Assembly: GCF_009914755.1 (NCBI RefSeq)
Contig: NC_060948.1
Source of the DNA: the human T2T-CHM13v2.0 reference genome, Homo sapiens
DNA: 64,000 bases
Strand: one strand, 5' to 3'
Shown: positions 17,627 to 36,981 of the stretch, piece after piece
Numbering within the stretch: the first letter of the stretch is position 1
Layout of the letters: the number at the start of each line of letters is the position of its first letter
Translations under genes and position numbers: made by a program
The notes under the pieces: generated by a model
Told to the model about the DNA's origin: nothing
The model's database searches: none
What the model saw: the letters and a program-made list of their open reading frames with translations, nothing else

Positions 17627-19752
17627 AGATCCATATTTTTTAAATGAAAAAAAATTTCAAAGGTACTCTGCTTGGTACAATAATCAAATGTATAAACTGA
17701 GGAATAAAACATAACCATGAAACGTACTTATAACTGCATATGGAAAATACAGAGGATAATTTTTTAAATAACATATTTTGAAAGCCTTAACTAGTAATTT
17801 GAAGAGTTGGCATTTGAAAGGCCAGTATGAATGTACCTTCAAAGCAGCAACACAGGTTCCCCATGAGAAAAAGCAAACACAGGGAAAATAAAAACACAAA
17901 GGTTCAATCTCTTCTGACCTTTGAAAGACACAGCACAGACAGTGGTCCTTAGGACGAAGAGCAGGAGACCCCTAATTCCGTCACCATGGCGATAGGGCAT
18001 AAACATTGCTGGGTGAGGGCACAATCCACATTGTGAGGTCCAACTGCTGCCAGGAAGACAGGAGTGCTTTTACATAGACCGAAAGGTCATTGAAGGCTCA
18101 GAGTTTTGTTTCAAGAACTGAATCCCAAGCCCACACGTTATTAGGCTGCGCTTCTTAAAACAAGTTATGAGATGGGAAAAAGGGCACCCACAAACATACG
18201 TATACATTATGTATAATAATATACAGTATCATATATATAATATATATAAACTATGTATAATATTGTTTTACATCCTGCATCTTATGTTATATATATTGTA
18301 TAAAATATAATAATTGATAATATATAAGTTTTATATTTATACAATATGACATATAGTATATATTATAATTTATGACATTTATAATATATGTTATATATCA
18401 TATATAGAATATATTATACGGTTAATATACGTATTAAATATAAATTATACATTATATATATTATATATAATATATCTGTTATATATAATACCCATTATGC
18501 ATAATATATATATTATGTCTATGTTATATATAGTATAAAACAACATATAATAATATATAATTGTATATATAAAATGCGACATAGAATATATATTATATTT
18601 TATAACATATGTAATATATATTATATATTATATATAATACGTTGTATATATAATACCTATATTAAATATATATTATATGACTATGTTATTAATTACATGT
18701 CACATGTGTTATATATTATATATTTTACATAGAATATACCGGTTACATACAATATATACTATGTTACCTATAATGTATAATTTATTACATGTAAAATAAA
18801 GAATGCAATATATTATGTATAATTTATAATATACAATATGTGGAATGTGATATATATAACATATATTATATGATATATGATATACAGTATATGATATATA
18901 ACATACAATATATGATTCCTAATATATATGGTATACAATATATATTTTATGATATGTATTCTATATGTTTTATATTCTGTTATATATAACTATTTGAAAT
19001 TATATATAACTGTATAATATTTTATGTAAATATGTAATATAATATATATAAATATATAATATATTATATATAACTATATATTATGTTATATATACTTTTA
19101 TAACATAATTTACATAAAATATCATAATATAATATATATTATATTATTTCATATTACATAATATATATTTCATATCACCCAATATAACTAACATACATAA
19201 TATTATAATATAGATTATATTGTGTTATATTAAATATCATATATATCATGTATCATATATTCTATAATATATATTACACATTATATAATATGTATGTTGT
19301 CTATTATGTGATATATATAACTATATATATAATTATATTTTTATACATATAACTAGATAAGCATGTAATTCTACATATTTTCATTTATAATATGTAGAAT
19401 TATATAATCATATATAATTATTTATATTCTATAAAAAATTTTATCATTATATAAATTATAATATATAAAAATTATAATATGTACTACAAATATATATATT
19501 ATATATCATATATGATATAGTACCTTTGTTATATATCATAATACATATAAATGTGTATTATGTTATCTATAATTATATAATTTCATATATAAGATGTATA
19601 ATATGTATCGTATATTATATATGTTATGTAATATATATAGTATATATAAGATGACACAGGATAAATATTATATACTATGACATATAAAATATAGGAGGTT
19701 ATATGTTATATATAAGGCATAGCACATAACATGTAATATATATCATATATAA

Positions 19753-20044
19753 TTTTTTTTTAGACAGAATCTTGTCCTGTTGCACAGGGTGTGGTACAAT
19801 GGCGCCATCTTTGCTCACTGCAACTTCTGCCTCACGGGTCCAAGCGATTGTCCTCCCTCAGCCTCCCAGGTAGCTGGGACTACACCACACTGGGACTACA
19901 CCAGCTGCCACCATGCCTAGCTAATTTTTTGGATTTTTAGTAGTGACAGCGTTTCACTGTATTGGCCAGGACGGTCTTGATCTCTTCACCTTGTGATCCC
20001 CTTGCCTTGGCCTCCAAATTTGCTGGGATTACAGGCCTGAGCCA
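19753..20044 (-). mobile_element. Degenerate Alu, copy 9
   Basis: Shares ccaggacgg with copy 6. Confidence 0.95.
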
Positions 20045-22170
20045 AGATCCATATTTTTTAAATGAAAAAAAATTTCAAAGGTACTCTGCTTGGTACAATA
20101 ATCAAATGTATAAACTGAGGAATAAAACATAACCATGAAACCTACTTATAACTGCATATGGAAAATACAGAGGATAATTTTTTAAATAACATATTTTGAA
20201 AGCCTTAACTAGTAATTTGAAGAGTTGGCATTTGAAAGGCCAGTATGAATATACCTTCAAAGCAGCAACACAGGTTCCCCATGAGAAAAAGCAAACACAG
20301 GGAAAATAAAAACACAAAGGTTCAATCTCTTCTGACCTTTGAAAGACACAGCACAGACAGTGGTCCTTAGGACGAAGAGCAGGAGACCCCTAATTCCGTC
20401 ACCATGGCGATAGGGCATAAACATTGCTGGGTGAGGGCACAATCCACATTGTGAGGTCCAACTGCTGCCAGGAAGACAGGAGTGCTTTTACATAGACCGA
20501 AAGGTCATTGAAGGCTCAGAGTTTTGTTTCAAGAACTGAATCCCAAGCCCACACGTTATTAGGCTGCGCTTCTTAAAACAAGTTATGAGATGGGAAAAAG
20601 GGCACCCACAAACATACGTATACATTATGTATATAATAATATACAGTATCATATATATAATATATATAACCTATGTATAATATTGTTTTACATCCTGCAT
20701 CTTATGTTATATATATTGTATAAAATATAATAATTGATAATATATAAGTTTTATAATTATACAATATGACATATAGTATATATTATAATTTATGACATAT
20801 ATAATATATGTTATATGTCATATATAGAATATATTATACGGTTAATATACGTATTAAATATAAATTATACATTATATATATTATATATAATATATCTGTT
20901 ATATATAATACCAATTATGCATAATATATACATTATGTCTATGTTATATATAGTATAAAACAACATATAATAATATATAATTGTATATATAAAATGCGAC
21001 ATATAATATATATTATATTTTATAACATACGTAATATATATTATATATTATATATAATACGTTGTATGTATAATACCTATATTAAATATATATTATATGA
21101 CTATGTTATTAATTACATGTCACATGTGTTATATATTATATATTTTACATAGAATATACCGGTTACATACAATATATACTATGTTACCTATAATGTATAA
21201 TTTATTACATGTAAAATAAAGAATGCAATATATTATGTATAATTTATAATATACAATATGTGGAATGTGATATATATAACATATAATATATGATATATGA
21301 TATACAGTATATGATATATAACATACAATATATGATTCCTAATATATATGGTATACAATAAATATTTTATGATATGTATTCTATATGTTTTATATTCTGT
21401 TATATATAACTATTTGAAATTATATATAACTGTATAATATTTTATGTAAATATGTAATATAATATATATAACTATATAATATATTATATATAACTATATA
21501 TTATGTTATATATACTTTTATAACATAATTTACATAAAATATCATAATATAATGTATACCATATTATTTCATATTACATATTATATATTACATATCACCC
21601 AATATAACTAACATACATAATATTATAATATAGATTATATTATGTTATATTAAATATCATATATATCATGTATCATATATTCTATAATATATATTACACA
21701 TTATATAATATGTATGTTGTCTATTATGTGATATATATAACTATATATATAATTATATTTTTATACATATAACTAGATAAACATGTAATTCTACATATTT
21801 TCATTTATAATATGTAGAATTATATAATCATATATAATTATTTATATTCTATAAAAAATTTTATCATTATATAAATTATAATATATAAAAATTATAATAT
21901 GTACTACAAATATATATATTATATATCATATATGCTATAGTACCTTTGTTATATATCATAATACATATAAATGTGTATTATGTTATCTATAATTATATAA
22001 TTTCATATATAAGTTGTATAATATGCATCATATATTATATATGTTATGTAATATATATAGTATATATAAGATGACAGGATAAATATTATATACTATGACA
22101 TATAAAATATATCAGGTTATATGTTACATATAAGGCATAGCACATAACATGTAATATATATCATATATAA

Positions 22171-22462
22171 TTTTTTTTTAGACAGAATCTTGTCCTGTTG
22201 CACAGGGTCGGGTACAATGGCGCCATGTTTGCTCACTGCAACTTCTGCCTCACGGGTCCAAGCGATTGTCCTCCCTCAGCCTCCCAGGTAGCTGGGACTA
22301 CACCACACTGGGACTACACCAGCTGCCACCATGCCTAGCTAATTATTTGGATTTTTAGTAGTGACAGCGTTTCACTGTATTGGCCAGGATGGTCTTGATC
22401 TCTTCACCTTGTGATCCCCTTGCCTTGGCCTCCAAATTTGCTGGGATTACAGGCCTGAGCCA
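22171..22462 (-). mobile_element. Degenerate Alu, copy 10
   Basis: Shares the variants of copy 7. Confidence 0.95.
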
Positions 22463-24567
22463 AGATCCATATTTTTTAAATGAAAAAAAATTTCAAAGGT
22501 ACTCTGCTTGGTACAATAATCAAATGTATAAACTGAGGAATAAAACATAACCATGAAACCTACTTATCACTGCATATGGAAAATACAGAGGATAATTTTT
22601 TAAATAACATATTTTGAAAGCCTTAACTAGTAATTTGAAGAGCTGGCATTTGAAAGGCCAGTATGAATATACCTTCAAAGCAGCAACACAGGTTCCCCAT
22701 GAGAAAAAGCAAACACAGGGAAAATAAAAACACAAAGGTTCAATCTCTTCTGACCTTTGAAAGACACAGCACAGACAGTGGTCCTTAGGACGAAGAGCAG
22801 GAGACCCCTAATTCCGTCACCATGGCGATAGGGCATAAACATTGCTGGGTGAGGGCACAATCCACATTGTGAGGTCCAACTGCTGCCAGGAAGACAGGAG
22901 TGCTCTTACATAGACCGAAAGGTCATTGAAGGCTCAGAGTTTTGTTTCAAGAACTGAATCCCAAGCCCACACGTTATTAGGCTGCGCTTCTTAAAACAAG
23001 TTATGAGATGGGAAAAAGGGCACCCACAAACATACGTATACATTATGTATATAATAATATACAGTATCATATATATAATATATATAACCTATGTATAATA
23101 TTGTTTTACATCCTGCATCTTATGTTATATATATTGTATAAAATATAATAATTGATAATATATAAGTTTTATAATTATACAATATGACATATAGTATATA
23201 TTATAATTTATGACATATATAATATATGTTATATGTCATATATAGAATATATTATACGGTTAATATACGTATTAAATATAAATTATACATTATATATATT
23301 ATATATAATATATCTGTTATATATAATACCCATTATGCATAATATATATATTATGTCTATGTTATATGTAGTATAAAACAACATATAATAATATATAATT
23401 GTATATATAAAATGCGACATATAATATATATTATATTTTATAACATATGTAATATATATTATATATTATATATAATACGTTGTATGTATAATACCTATAT
23501 TAAATATATATTATATGACTATGTTATTAATTACATGTCACATGTGTTATATATTATATATTTTACATAGAATATACCGGTTACATACAATATATACTAT
23601 GTTACCTATAATGTATAATTTATTACATGTAAAATAAAGAATGCAATATATTATGTTTAATTTATAATATACCATATGTGGAATGTGATATATATAACAT
23701 ATAATATATGATATATGATATACAGTATATGATATATAACATACAATATATGATTCCTAATATATATGGTATACAATATATATTTTATGATATGTATTCT
23801 ATATGTTTTATATTCTGTTATATATAACTATTTGAAATTATAAATAACTGTATAATATTTTATGTAAATATGTAATATAATATATATAACTATATAATAT
23901 ATTATATATAACTATATATTATGTTATATATACTTTTATAACATAATTTACATAAAATATCATAATATAATATATAGTATATTATTTCATATTACATAAT
24001 ATATATTACATATCACCCAATATAACTAACATACATAATATTATAATATAGATTATATTGTGTTATATTAAATATCATATATATCATGTATCATATATTC
24101 TATAATATATATTACACATTATATAATATGTATGTTGTCTATTATGTGATATATATAACTATATATATAATTATATTTTTATACATATAACTAGATAAAC
24201 ATGTAATTCTACATATTTTCATTTATAATATGTAGAATTATGTAATCATATATAATTATTTATATTCTATAAAAAATTTTATCATTATATAAATTATAAT
24301 ATATAAAAATTATAATATGTACTACAAATATATATATTATATATCATATATGATATAGTACCTTTGTTATATTTCATAATACATATAAATGTGTATTATG
24401 TTATCTATAATTATATAATTTCATATATAAGATGTATAATATGTATCATATATTATATATGTTATGTAATATATATAGTATATATAAGATGACACAGGAT
24501 AAATATTATATACTATGACATATAAAATATATGAGGTTATATGTTACATATAAGGCATAGCACATAA

Positions 24568-24882
<315 letters not shown>

Positions 24883-26987
24883 AGATCCATATTTTTTAAA
24901 TGAAAAAAAATTTCAAAGGTACTCTGCTTGGTACAATAATCAAATGTATAAACTGAGGAATAAAACATAACCATGAAACCTACTTATAACTGCATATGGA
25001 AAATACAGAGGATAATTTTTTAAATAACATAGTTTGAAAGCCTTAACTAGTAATTTGAAGAGTTGGCATTTGAAAGGCCAGTATGAATATACCTTCAAAG
25101 CAGCAACACATGTTCCCCATGAGAAAAAGCAAACACAGGGAAAATAAAAACACAAAGGTTCAATCTCTTCTGACCTTTGAAAGACACAGCACAGACAGTG
25201 GTCCTTAGGACGAAGAGCAGGAGACCCCTAATTCCGTCACCATGGCGATAGGGCATAAACATTGCTGGGTGAGGGCACAATCCACATTGTGAGGTCCAAC
25301 TGCTGCCAGGAAGACAGGAGTGCTTTTACATAGACCGAAAGGTCATTGAAGGCTCAGAGTTTTGTTTCAAGAACTGAATCCCAAGCCCACACGTTATTAG
25401 GCTGCGCTTCTTAAAACAAGTTATGAGATGGGAAAAAGGGCACCCACAAACATACGTATACATTATGTATATAATAATATACAGTATCATATATATAATA
25501 TATATCACCTATGTATAATATTGTTTTACATCCTGCATCTTATGTTATATATACTGTATAAAATATAATAATTGATAATATATAAGTTTTATAATTATAC
25601 AATATGACATATAGTATATATTATAATTTATGACATATATAATATATGTTATATGTCATATATAGAATATATTATACGGTTAATATACGTATTAAATATA
25701 AATTATACATTATATATATTATATATAATATATCTGTTATATAAAATACCCATTATGCATAATATATATATTATGTCTATGTTGTATATAGTATAAAACA
25801 ACATATAATAATATATAATTGTATATATAAAATGCGACATATAATATATATTATATTTTATAACATATGTAATATATATTATATATTATATATAATACGT
25901 TGTATGTATAATACCTATATTAAATATATATTATATGACTATGTTATTAATTACATGTCACATGTGTTATATATTATATATTTTACATAGAATATACCGG
26001 TTACATACAATATATACTATGTTACCTATAATGTATAATTTATTACATGTAAAATAAAGAATGCAATATATTATGTATAATTTATAATATACCATATGTG
26101 GAATGTGATATATATAACATATAATATATGATATATGATATACAGTATATGATATATAACATACAATATATGATTCCTAATATATATGGTATACAATATA
26201 TATTTTATGATATGTATTCTATATGTTTTATATTCTGTTATATATAACTATTTGAAATTATATATAACTCTATAATATTTTATGTAAATATGTAATATAA
26301 TATATATAACCATATCATATATTATATATAACTATATATTATGTTATATATACTTTTATAACATAATTTACATAAAATATCATAATATAACATATATTAT
26401 ATTATTTCATATTACATAATATATATTACATATCACCCAATATAACTAACATACATAATATTATAATATAGATTATATTGTGTTATATTAAATATCATAT
26501 ATATCATGTATCATATATTCTATAATATATATTACACATTATATAATATGTATGTTGTCTATTATGTGATATATATAACTATATATATAATTATATTTTT
26601 ATACATATAACTAGATAAACATGTAATTCTACATATTTTCATTTATAATATGTAGAATTATATAATCATATATAATTATTTATATTCTATAAAAAATTAT
26701 ATCATTATATAAATTATAATATATAAAAATTATAATATGTACTACAAATATATATATTATACATCATATATGATATAGTACCTTTGTTATATATCATAAT
26801 ACATATAAATGTGTATTATGTTATCTATAATTATATAATTTCATATATAAGATGTATAATATGTATCATATATTATATATGTTATGTAATATATATAGTA
26901 TATATAAGATGACACAGGATAAATATTATATACTATGACATATAAAATATATGAGGTTATATGTTACATATAAGGCATAGCACATAA

Positions 26988-27302
<315 letters not shown>

Positions 27303-29430
27303 AGATCCATATTTTTTAAATGAAAAAAAATTTCAAAGGTACTCTGCTTGGTACAATAATCAAATGTATAAACTGAGGAATAAAACATAACCATGAAACC
27401 TACTTATAACTGCATATGGAAAATACAGAGGATAATTTTTTAAATAACATATTTTGAAAGCCTTAACTAGTAATTTGAAGAGTTGGCATTTGAAAGGCCA
27501 ATATGAATATACCTTCAAAGCAGCAACACAGGTTCCCCATGAGAAAAAGCAAACACAGGGAAAACAAAAACACAAAGGTTCAATCTCTTCTGACCTTTGA
27601 AAGACACAGCACAGACAGTGGTCCTTAGGACGAAGAGCAGGAGACCCCTAATTCCGTCACCATGGCGATAGGGCATAAACATTGCTGGGTGAGGGCACAA
27701 TCCACATTGTGAGGTCCAACTGCTGCCAGGAAGACAGGAGTGCTTTTACATAGACCGAAAGGTCATTGAAGGCTCAGAGTTTTGTTTCAAGAACTGAATC
27801 CCAAGCCCACACGTTATTAGGCTGCGCTTCTTAAAACAAGTTATGAGATGGGAAAAAGGGCACCCACAAACATAAGTATACATTATGTATATAATAATAT
27901 ACAGTATCATATATATAATATATATAACCTATGTATAATATTGTTTTACATCCTGCATCTTATGTTATATATATTGTATAAAATATAATAATTGATAATA
28001 TATAAGTTTTATAATTATACATTATGACATACAGTATATATTATAATTTATGACATATATAATATATGTTATATGTCATATATAGAATATATTATACGGT
28101 TAATATACGTATTAAATATAAATTATACATTATATATATTATATATAATATATCTGTTATATATAATAACCATTATGCATAATATATATATTATGTCTAT
28201 GTTATATATAGTATAAAAGAACATATAATAATATATAATTGTATATATAAAATGCGACATATAATATATATTATATTTTATAACATATGTAATACATATT
28301 ATATATTATATATAATACGTTGTATGTATAATACCTATATTAAATATATATTATATGACTATGTTATTAATTACATGTCACATGTGTTATATATTATATA
28401 TTTTACATAGAATATACCGGTTACATACAATATATACTATGTTACCTATAATGTATAATTTATTACATGTAAAATAAAGAATGCAATATATTATGTAAAA
28501 TTTATAATATACCATATGTGGAATGTGATATATATAACATATAATATATGATATATGATATACAGTATATGATATATTACATACAATATATGATTCCTAA
28601 TATATATGGTATACAATAAATATTTTATGATATGTATTCTATATGTTTTATATTCTGTTATATATAACTATTTGAAATTATATATAACTGTATAATATTT
28701 TATGTAAATATGTAATATAATATATATAACTATATAATATATTATATATAACTATATATTATGTTATATATACTTTTATAACATAATTTACATAAAATAT
28801 CATAATATAATATATATTATATTATTTCATATTACATAATATATATTACATATCACCCAATATAACTAACATACATAATATTATAATATAGATTATATTG
28901 TGTTATATTAAATATCATATATATCATGTATCATATATTCTATAATATATATTACACATTATATAATATGTATGTTGTCTATTATGTGATATATATAACT
29001 ATATATATAATTATATTTTTATACATATAACTAGATAAACATGTAATTCTACATATTTTCATTTATAATATGTAGAATTATATAATCATATATAATTATT
29101 TATATTCTATAAAAAATTTTATCATTATATAAATTATAATATATAAAAATTATAATATGTACTACAAATATATATATTATATATCATATATGATATAGTA
29201 CCTTTGTTATATATCTTAATACATATAAATGTGTATTATGTTATCTATAATTATATAATTTCATATATAAGATGTATAATATGTATCATATATTATATAT
29301 GTTATGTACTATATATAGTATATATAAGATGACACAGGATAAATATTATATACTATGACATATAAAATATATCAGGTTATATGTTACATATAAGGCATAG
29401 CACATAACATGTAATATATATCATATATAA

Positions 29431-29722
29431 TTTTTTTTTAGACAGAATCTTGTCCTGTTGCACAGGGTGGGGTACAATGGCGCCATCTTTGCTCACTGCA
29501 ACTTCTGCCTCACGGGTCCAAGCGATTGTCCTCCGTCAGCCTCCCAGGTAGCTGGGACTACACCACACTGGGACTACACCAGCTGCCACCATGCCTAGCT
29601 AATTATTTGGATTTTTAGTAGGGACAGCGTTTCACTGTATTGGCCAGGATGGTCTTGATCTCTTCACCTTGTGATCCCCTTGCCTTGGCCTCCAAATTTG
29701 CTGGGATTAGAGGCCTGAGCCA
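29431..29722 (-). mobile_element. Degenerate Alu, copy 13
   Basis: Same as copy 1 with several private SNVs. Confidence 0.95.
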
Positions 29723-31850
29723 AGATCCATATTTTTTAAATGAAAAAAAATTTCAAAGGTACTCTGCTTGGTACAATAATCAAATGTATAAACCGAGGAA
29801 TAAAACATAACCATGAAACCTACTTATAACTGCATATGGAAAATACAGAGGATAATTTTTTAAATAACATATTTTGAAAGCCTTAACTAGTAATTTGAAG
29901 AGTTGGCATTTGACAGGCCAGTATGAATATACCTTCAAATCAGCAACACAGGTTCCCCATGAGAAAAAGCAAACACAGGGAAAATAAAAACACAAAGGTT
30001 CAATCTCTTCTGACCTTTGAAAGACACAGCACAGACAGTGGTCCTTAGGACGAAGAGCAGGAGACCCCTAATTCCGTCACCATGGCGATAGGGCATAAAC
30101 ATTGCTGGGTGAGGGCACAATCCACATTGTGAGGTCCAACTGCTGCCAGGAAGACAGGAGTGCTTTTACATAGACCGAAAGGTCATTGAAGGCTCAGAGT
30201 TTTGTTTCAAGAACTGAATCCCAAGCCCACACGTTATTAGGCTGCGCTTCTTAAAACAAGTTATGAGATGGGAAAAAGGGCACCCACAAACATACGTATA
30301 CATTATGTATATAATAATATACAGTGTCATATATATAATATATATAACCTATGTATAATATTGTTTTACATCCTGCATCTTATGTTATATATATTGTATA
30401 AAATATAATAATTGATAATATATAAGTTTTATAATTATACAATATGACATATAGTATATATTATAATTTATGACATATATAATATATGTTATATGTCATA
30501 TATAGAATATATTATACGGTTGATATACGTATTAAATATAAATTATACATTATATATATTATATATAATATATCTGTTATATATAATACCCATTATGCAT
30601 AATATATATATTATGTCTATGTTATATATAGTATAAAACAACATATAATAATATATAATTGTATATATAAAATGCGACATATAATATATATTATATTTTA
30701 TAACATATGTAATATATATTATATATTATATATAATACGTTGTATGTATAATACCTATATTAAATATATATTATATGACTATGTTATTAATTACATGTCA
30801 CATGTGTTATATATTATATATTTTACATAGAATATACCGGTTACATACAATATATACTATGTTACCTATAATGTATAATTTATTACATGTAAAATAAAGA
30901 ATGCAATATATTATGTACAATTTATAATATACCATATGTGGAATGTGATATATATAACATATAATATATGATATATGATATACAGTATATGATATATAAC
31001 ATACAATATATGATTCCTAATATATATGGTATACAATATATATTTTATGATATGTATTCTATATGTTTTATATTCTGTTATATATAACTATTTGAAATTA
31101 TATATAACTGTATAATATTTTATGTAAATATGTAATATAATATATATAAATATATAATATATTATATATAACTATATATTATGTTATATATACTTTTATA
31201 ACATAATTTACATAAAATATCATAATATAATATATATTATATTATTTCATATTACATAATATATATTACATATCACCCAATATAACTAACATACATAATA
31301 TTATAATATAGATTATATTGTGTTATATTAAATATGATATATATCATGTATCATATATTCTATAATATATATTACACATTATATAATATGTATGTTGTCT
31401 ATTATGTGATATATATAACTATATATATAATTATATTTTTATACATATAACTAGATAAACATGTAATTCTACATATTTTCATTTATAATATGTAGAATTA
31501 TATAATCATATATAATTATTTATATTCTATAAAAAATTTTATCATTATATAAATTATAATATATAAAAATTATAATATGTACTACAAATATATATATTAT
31601 ACATCATATATGATATAGTACCTTTGTTATATATCATAATACATATAAATGTGTATTATGTTATCTATAATTATATAATTTCATATATAAGATGTATAAT
31701 ATGTATCATATATTATATATGTTATGTAATATATATAGTATATATAAGATGACACAGGATAAATATTATATACTATGACATATAAAATATATGAGGTTAT
31801 ATGTTACATATAAGGCATAGCACATAACATGTAATATGTATCATATATAA

Positions 31851-32141
31851 TTTTTTTTAGAAAGAATCTTGTCCTGTTGCACAGGGTGGGGTACAATGGC
31901 GCCATCTTTGCTCACTGCAACTTCTGCCTCACGGGTCCAAGCGATTGTCCTCCCTCAGCCTCCCAGGTAGCTGGGACTACACCACACTGGGACTACACCA
32001 GCTGCCACCATGCCTAGCTAATTTTTTGGATTTTTAGTAGTGACAGCGTTTCACTGTATTGGCCAGGATGGTCTTGATCTCTTCACCTTGTGATCCCCTT
32101 GCCTTGGCCTCCAAATTTGCTGGGATTACAGGCCTGAGCCA
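31851..32141 (-). mobile_element. Degenerate Alu, copy 14
   Basis: Same as copy 1; T-run 1 nt shorter. Confidence 0.95.
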
Positions 32142-34269
32142 AGATCCATATTTTTTAAATGAAAAAAAATTTCAAAGGTACTCTGCTTGGTACAATAATC
32201 AAATGTATAAACTGAGGAATAAAACATAACCATGAAACCTACTTATAAGTGCATATGGAAAATAAAGAGGATAATTTTTTAAATAACATATTTTGAAAGC
32301 CTTAACTAGTAATTTGAAGAGTTGGCATTTGAAAGGCCAGTATGAATATACCTTCAAAGCAGCAACACAGGTTCCCCATGAGAAAAAGCAAACACAGGGA
32401 AAATAAAAACACAAAGGTTCAATCTCTTCTGACCTTTGAAAGACACAGCACAGACAGTGGTCCTTAGGACGAAGAGCAGGAGACCCCTAATTCCGTCACC
32501 ATGGCGATAGGGCATAAACATTGCTGGGTGAGGGCACAATCCACATTGTGAGGTCCAACTGCTGCCAGGAAGACAGGAGTGCTTTTACATAGACCGAAAG
32601 GTCATTGAAGGCTCAGAGTTTTGTTTCAAGAACTGAATCCCAAGCCCACACGTTATTAGGCTGCGCTTCTTAAAACAAGTTATGAGATGGGAAAAAGGGC
32701 ACCCACAAACATACGTATACATTATGTATATAATAATATACAGTATCATATATATAATATATATAACCTATGTATAATATTGTTTTACATCCTGCATCTT
32801 ATGTTATATATATTGTATAAAATATAATAATTGATAATATATAAGTTTTATAATTATACAATATGACATATAGTATATATTATAATTTATGACATATATA
32901 ATATATGTTATATGTCATATATAGAATATATTATACGGTTAATATACGTATTAAATATAAATTATACATTATATATATTATATATAATATATCTGTTATA
33001 TATAATACCCATTATGCATAATATATATATTATGTCTATGTTATATATAGTATAAAACAACATATAATAATATATAATTGTATATATAAAATGCGACATA
33101 TAATATATATTATATTTTATAACATATGTAATATATATTATATATTATATATAATACGTTGTATGTATAATACCTATATTAAATATATATTATATGACTA
33201 TGTTATTAATTACATGTCACATATGTTATATATTATATATTTTACATGGAATATAAAGGTAACATACAATATATACTATGTTACCTATAATGTATAATTG
33301 ATTACATGTGAAATAAAGAATGCAATATATTATATATAGTTTATAATATACAATATGTGGAATGTGATATATATAACATATAATATATGATATATGATAT
33401 ACAGTATATGGTATATAACATACAATATATGATACCTAATATATATGGTATACAATATATACTTTATGATATGTATACTATATGTTTTATATTCTGTTAT
33501 ATATAACTATTTGAAATTATATATAACTGTATAATATTTTATGTAAATATGTAATATAATATATATAACTATATGATATATTATATATAACTATATATTA
33601 TGTTATATATACTTTCATAACATAATTTACATAAAATGTCATAATATAATATATATTATATTATTTCATATTACATAATATATATTACATATCACCCAAC
33701 ATAAGTAACATACATAATATTATAATATAGATTATATTATATTATATTAAATATCATATATATCATGTATCATATATTCTAAAATATATATTACACATTA
33801 TATAATATGTATGTTGTCTATTATGTGATATATATAACTATATATATAATTATATTATTATACATATAACTAGATAAACATGTAATTCTACATATTTTCA
33901 TTTATAATATATAGAATTATATAATCATATATAATTATTTATATTCTATAAAAAATTATATCATTATATAAATTATAATATATAAAAATTATTATATGTA
34001 CTACAAATATATATATTATATATCATATATGATATAGTACCTTTGTTATATATCATAATACATATAAATGTGTATTATGTTATCTATAATTATATAATTT
34101 CATATATAAGATGTATAATATGTATTATATATTATACACGTTATGTAATATATATAGTATATATAAGATGACACAGGATAAATATTATATACTATGACAT
34201 ATAAAATATATGAGGTTATATGTTACATATAAGGCATAGCACATAACATGTAATATATATCATATATAA

Positions 34270-34561
34270 TTTTTTTTTAGACAGAGTCTTGTCCTGTTGC
34301 ACAGGGTGGGGTACAATGGCGCCAACTTTGCTCACTGCAACATCTGCCTCACGGGTCCAAGCGATTGTCCACCCTCAGCCTCCCAGGTAGCTGGGACTAC
34401 ACCACACTGGGACTACACCAGCTGCCACCATGCCTAGCTAATTTTTTGGATTTTTAGTAGTGACAGCGTTTCACTGTATTGGCCAGGATGGTCTTGATCT
34501 CTTCACCTTGTGATCCCCTTGCCTTGGCCTCCAAATTTGCTGGGATTACAGGCCTGAGCCA
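34270..34561 (-). mobile_element. Degenerate Alu, copy 15 (edge clade)
   Basis: gacagagtct and caacatctg variants shared with copies 16-17. Confidence 0.95.
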
Positions 34562-36666
34562 AGATCCATATTTTTTAAATGAAAAAAAATTTCAAAGGTA
34601 CTCTGCTTGGTACAATAATCAAATGTATAAACTGAGGAATAAAACATAACCATGAAACCTACTTATAACTGCATATGGAAAATACAGAGGATAATTTTTT
34701 AAATAACATATTTTGAAAGCCTTAACTAGTAATTTGAAGAGTTGGCATTTGAAAGGCCAGTATGAATATACCTTCAAAGCAGCAACACAGGTTCCCCATG
34801 AGAAAAAGCAAACTCAGGGAAAATAAAACCACAAAGGTTCAATCTCTTCTGACCTTTGAAAGACACAGCACAGACAGTGGTCCTTAGGACGAAGAGCAGG
34901 AGACCCCTAATTCCGTCACCATGGCGATAGGGCATAAACATTGCTGGGTGAGGGCACAATCCACATTGTGAGGTCCAACTGCTGCCAGGAAGACAGGAGT
35001 GCTTTTACATAGACCTAAATGTCATTGAAGGCTCAGAGTTTTGTTTCAAGAACTGAATCCCAAGCCCACACGTTATTAGGCTGCGCTTCCTAAAACAAGT
35101 TGTGAGATGGGAAAAAGGGCACCCACAAACATACGTATACATTATGTATATAATAATATACAGTATCATATATATAATATATATAACCTATGTATAATAT
35201 TGTTTTACATCCTGCATCTTATATTATATATATTGTATAAAATATAATAATTGATAATATATAAGTTTTATATTTATACAATATGACATATAGTATATAT
35301 TATAATTTATGACATATATAATATATGTTATATATCATATATAGAATATATTATACGGTTAATATACGTGTTAAATATAAATTATACATTATATATATTA
35401 TATATAATATATCTGTTATATATAATACCCATTATGCATAATACATATATTATGTCTATGTTATATATAGTATAAAACAACACATAATAATATATAGTTG
35501 TATATATAAAATGCGACATAAAATATATATTATATTTTATGACATATGTAATATATATTATATATTATATATAATACGTTGTATGTATAATACCTATATT
35601 AAATATATATTATATGACTATGTTATTAATTACATGTCACATGTGTTATACATTATATATTTTACATAGAATATACCGGTTACATACAATATATACTATG
35701 TTACCTATAATGTATAATTTATTACATGTAAAATAAAGAATGCAATATATTATGTATAATTTATAATATACAATATGTGGAATGTGATATATATAACATA
35801 TATTATATGATATATGATATACAGTATATGATATATAACATACAATATATGATACCTAATATATATGGTATAAAATATATATTTTATGATATGTATTCTC
35901 TATGTTTTATATTCTGTTATATATAACTAATTGAAATTATATATAACTGTATAATATTTTATGTAAATATGTAATATAATATATATAACTATATAATATA
36001 TTATATATAACTATATATTATGTTATATATACTTTTATAACATAATTTACATAAAATATCATAATATAATATATATTATATTATTTCATATTACATAATA
36101 TATATTACATATCACCAAACATAAGTAACATACATAATATTATAATATAGATTATATTATGTTATATTAAATATCATATATATCATGTATCATATATTCT
36201 ATAATATATATTACACATTATATAATATGTATTTTGTCTATTATGTGATATATATAACTATATATATAATTATATTATTATACATATAACTAGATAAACA
36301 TGTAATTCTACATATTTTCATTTATAATATATAGAATTATATAATCATATATAATTATTTATATTGTATAAAAAATTATATCATTATATAAATTATAATA
36401 TATAAAAATTATAATATGTACTACAAATATATATATTATATATCATATATGATATAGTACCTTTGTTATATATCATAATACATATAAATGTGTATTATGT
36501 TATCTATAATTATATAATTTCATATATAAGATGTATAATATGTATCATATATTATATATGTTATGTAATATATATAGTATATATAAGATGACACAGGATA
36601 AATATTATATACTATGACATATAAAATATATGAGGTTATATGTTACATATAAGGCATAGCACATAA

Positions 36667-36981
<315 letters not shown>
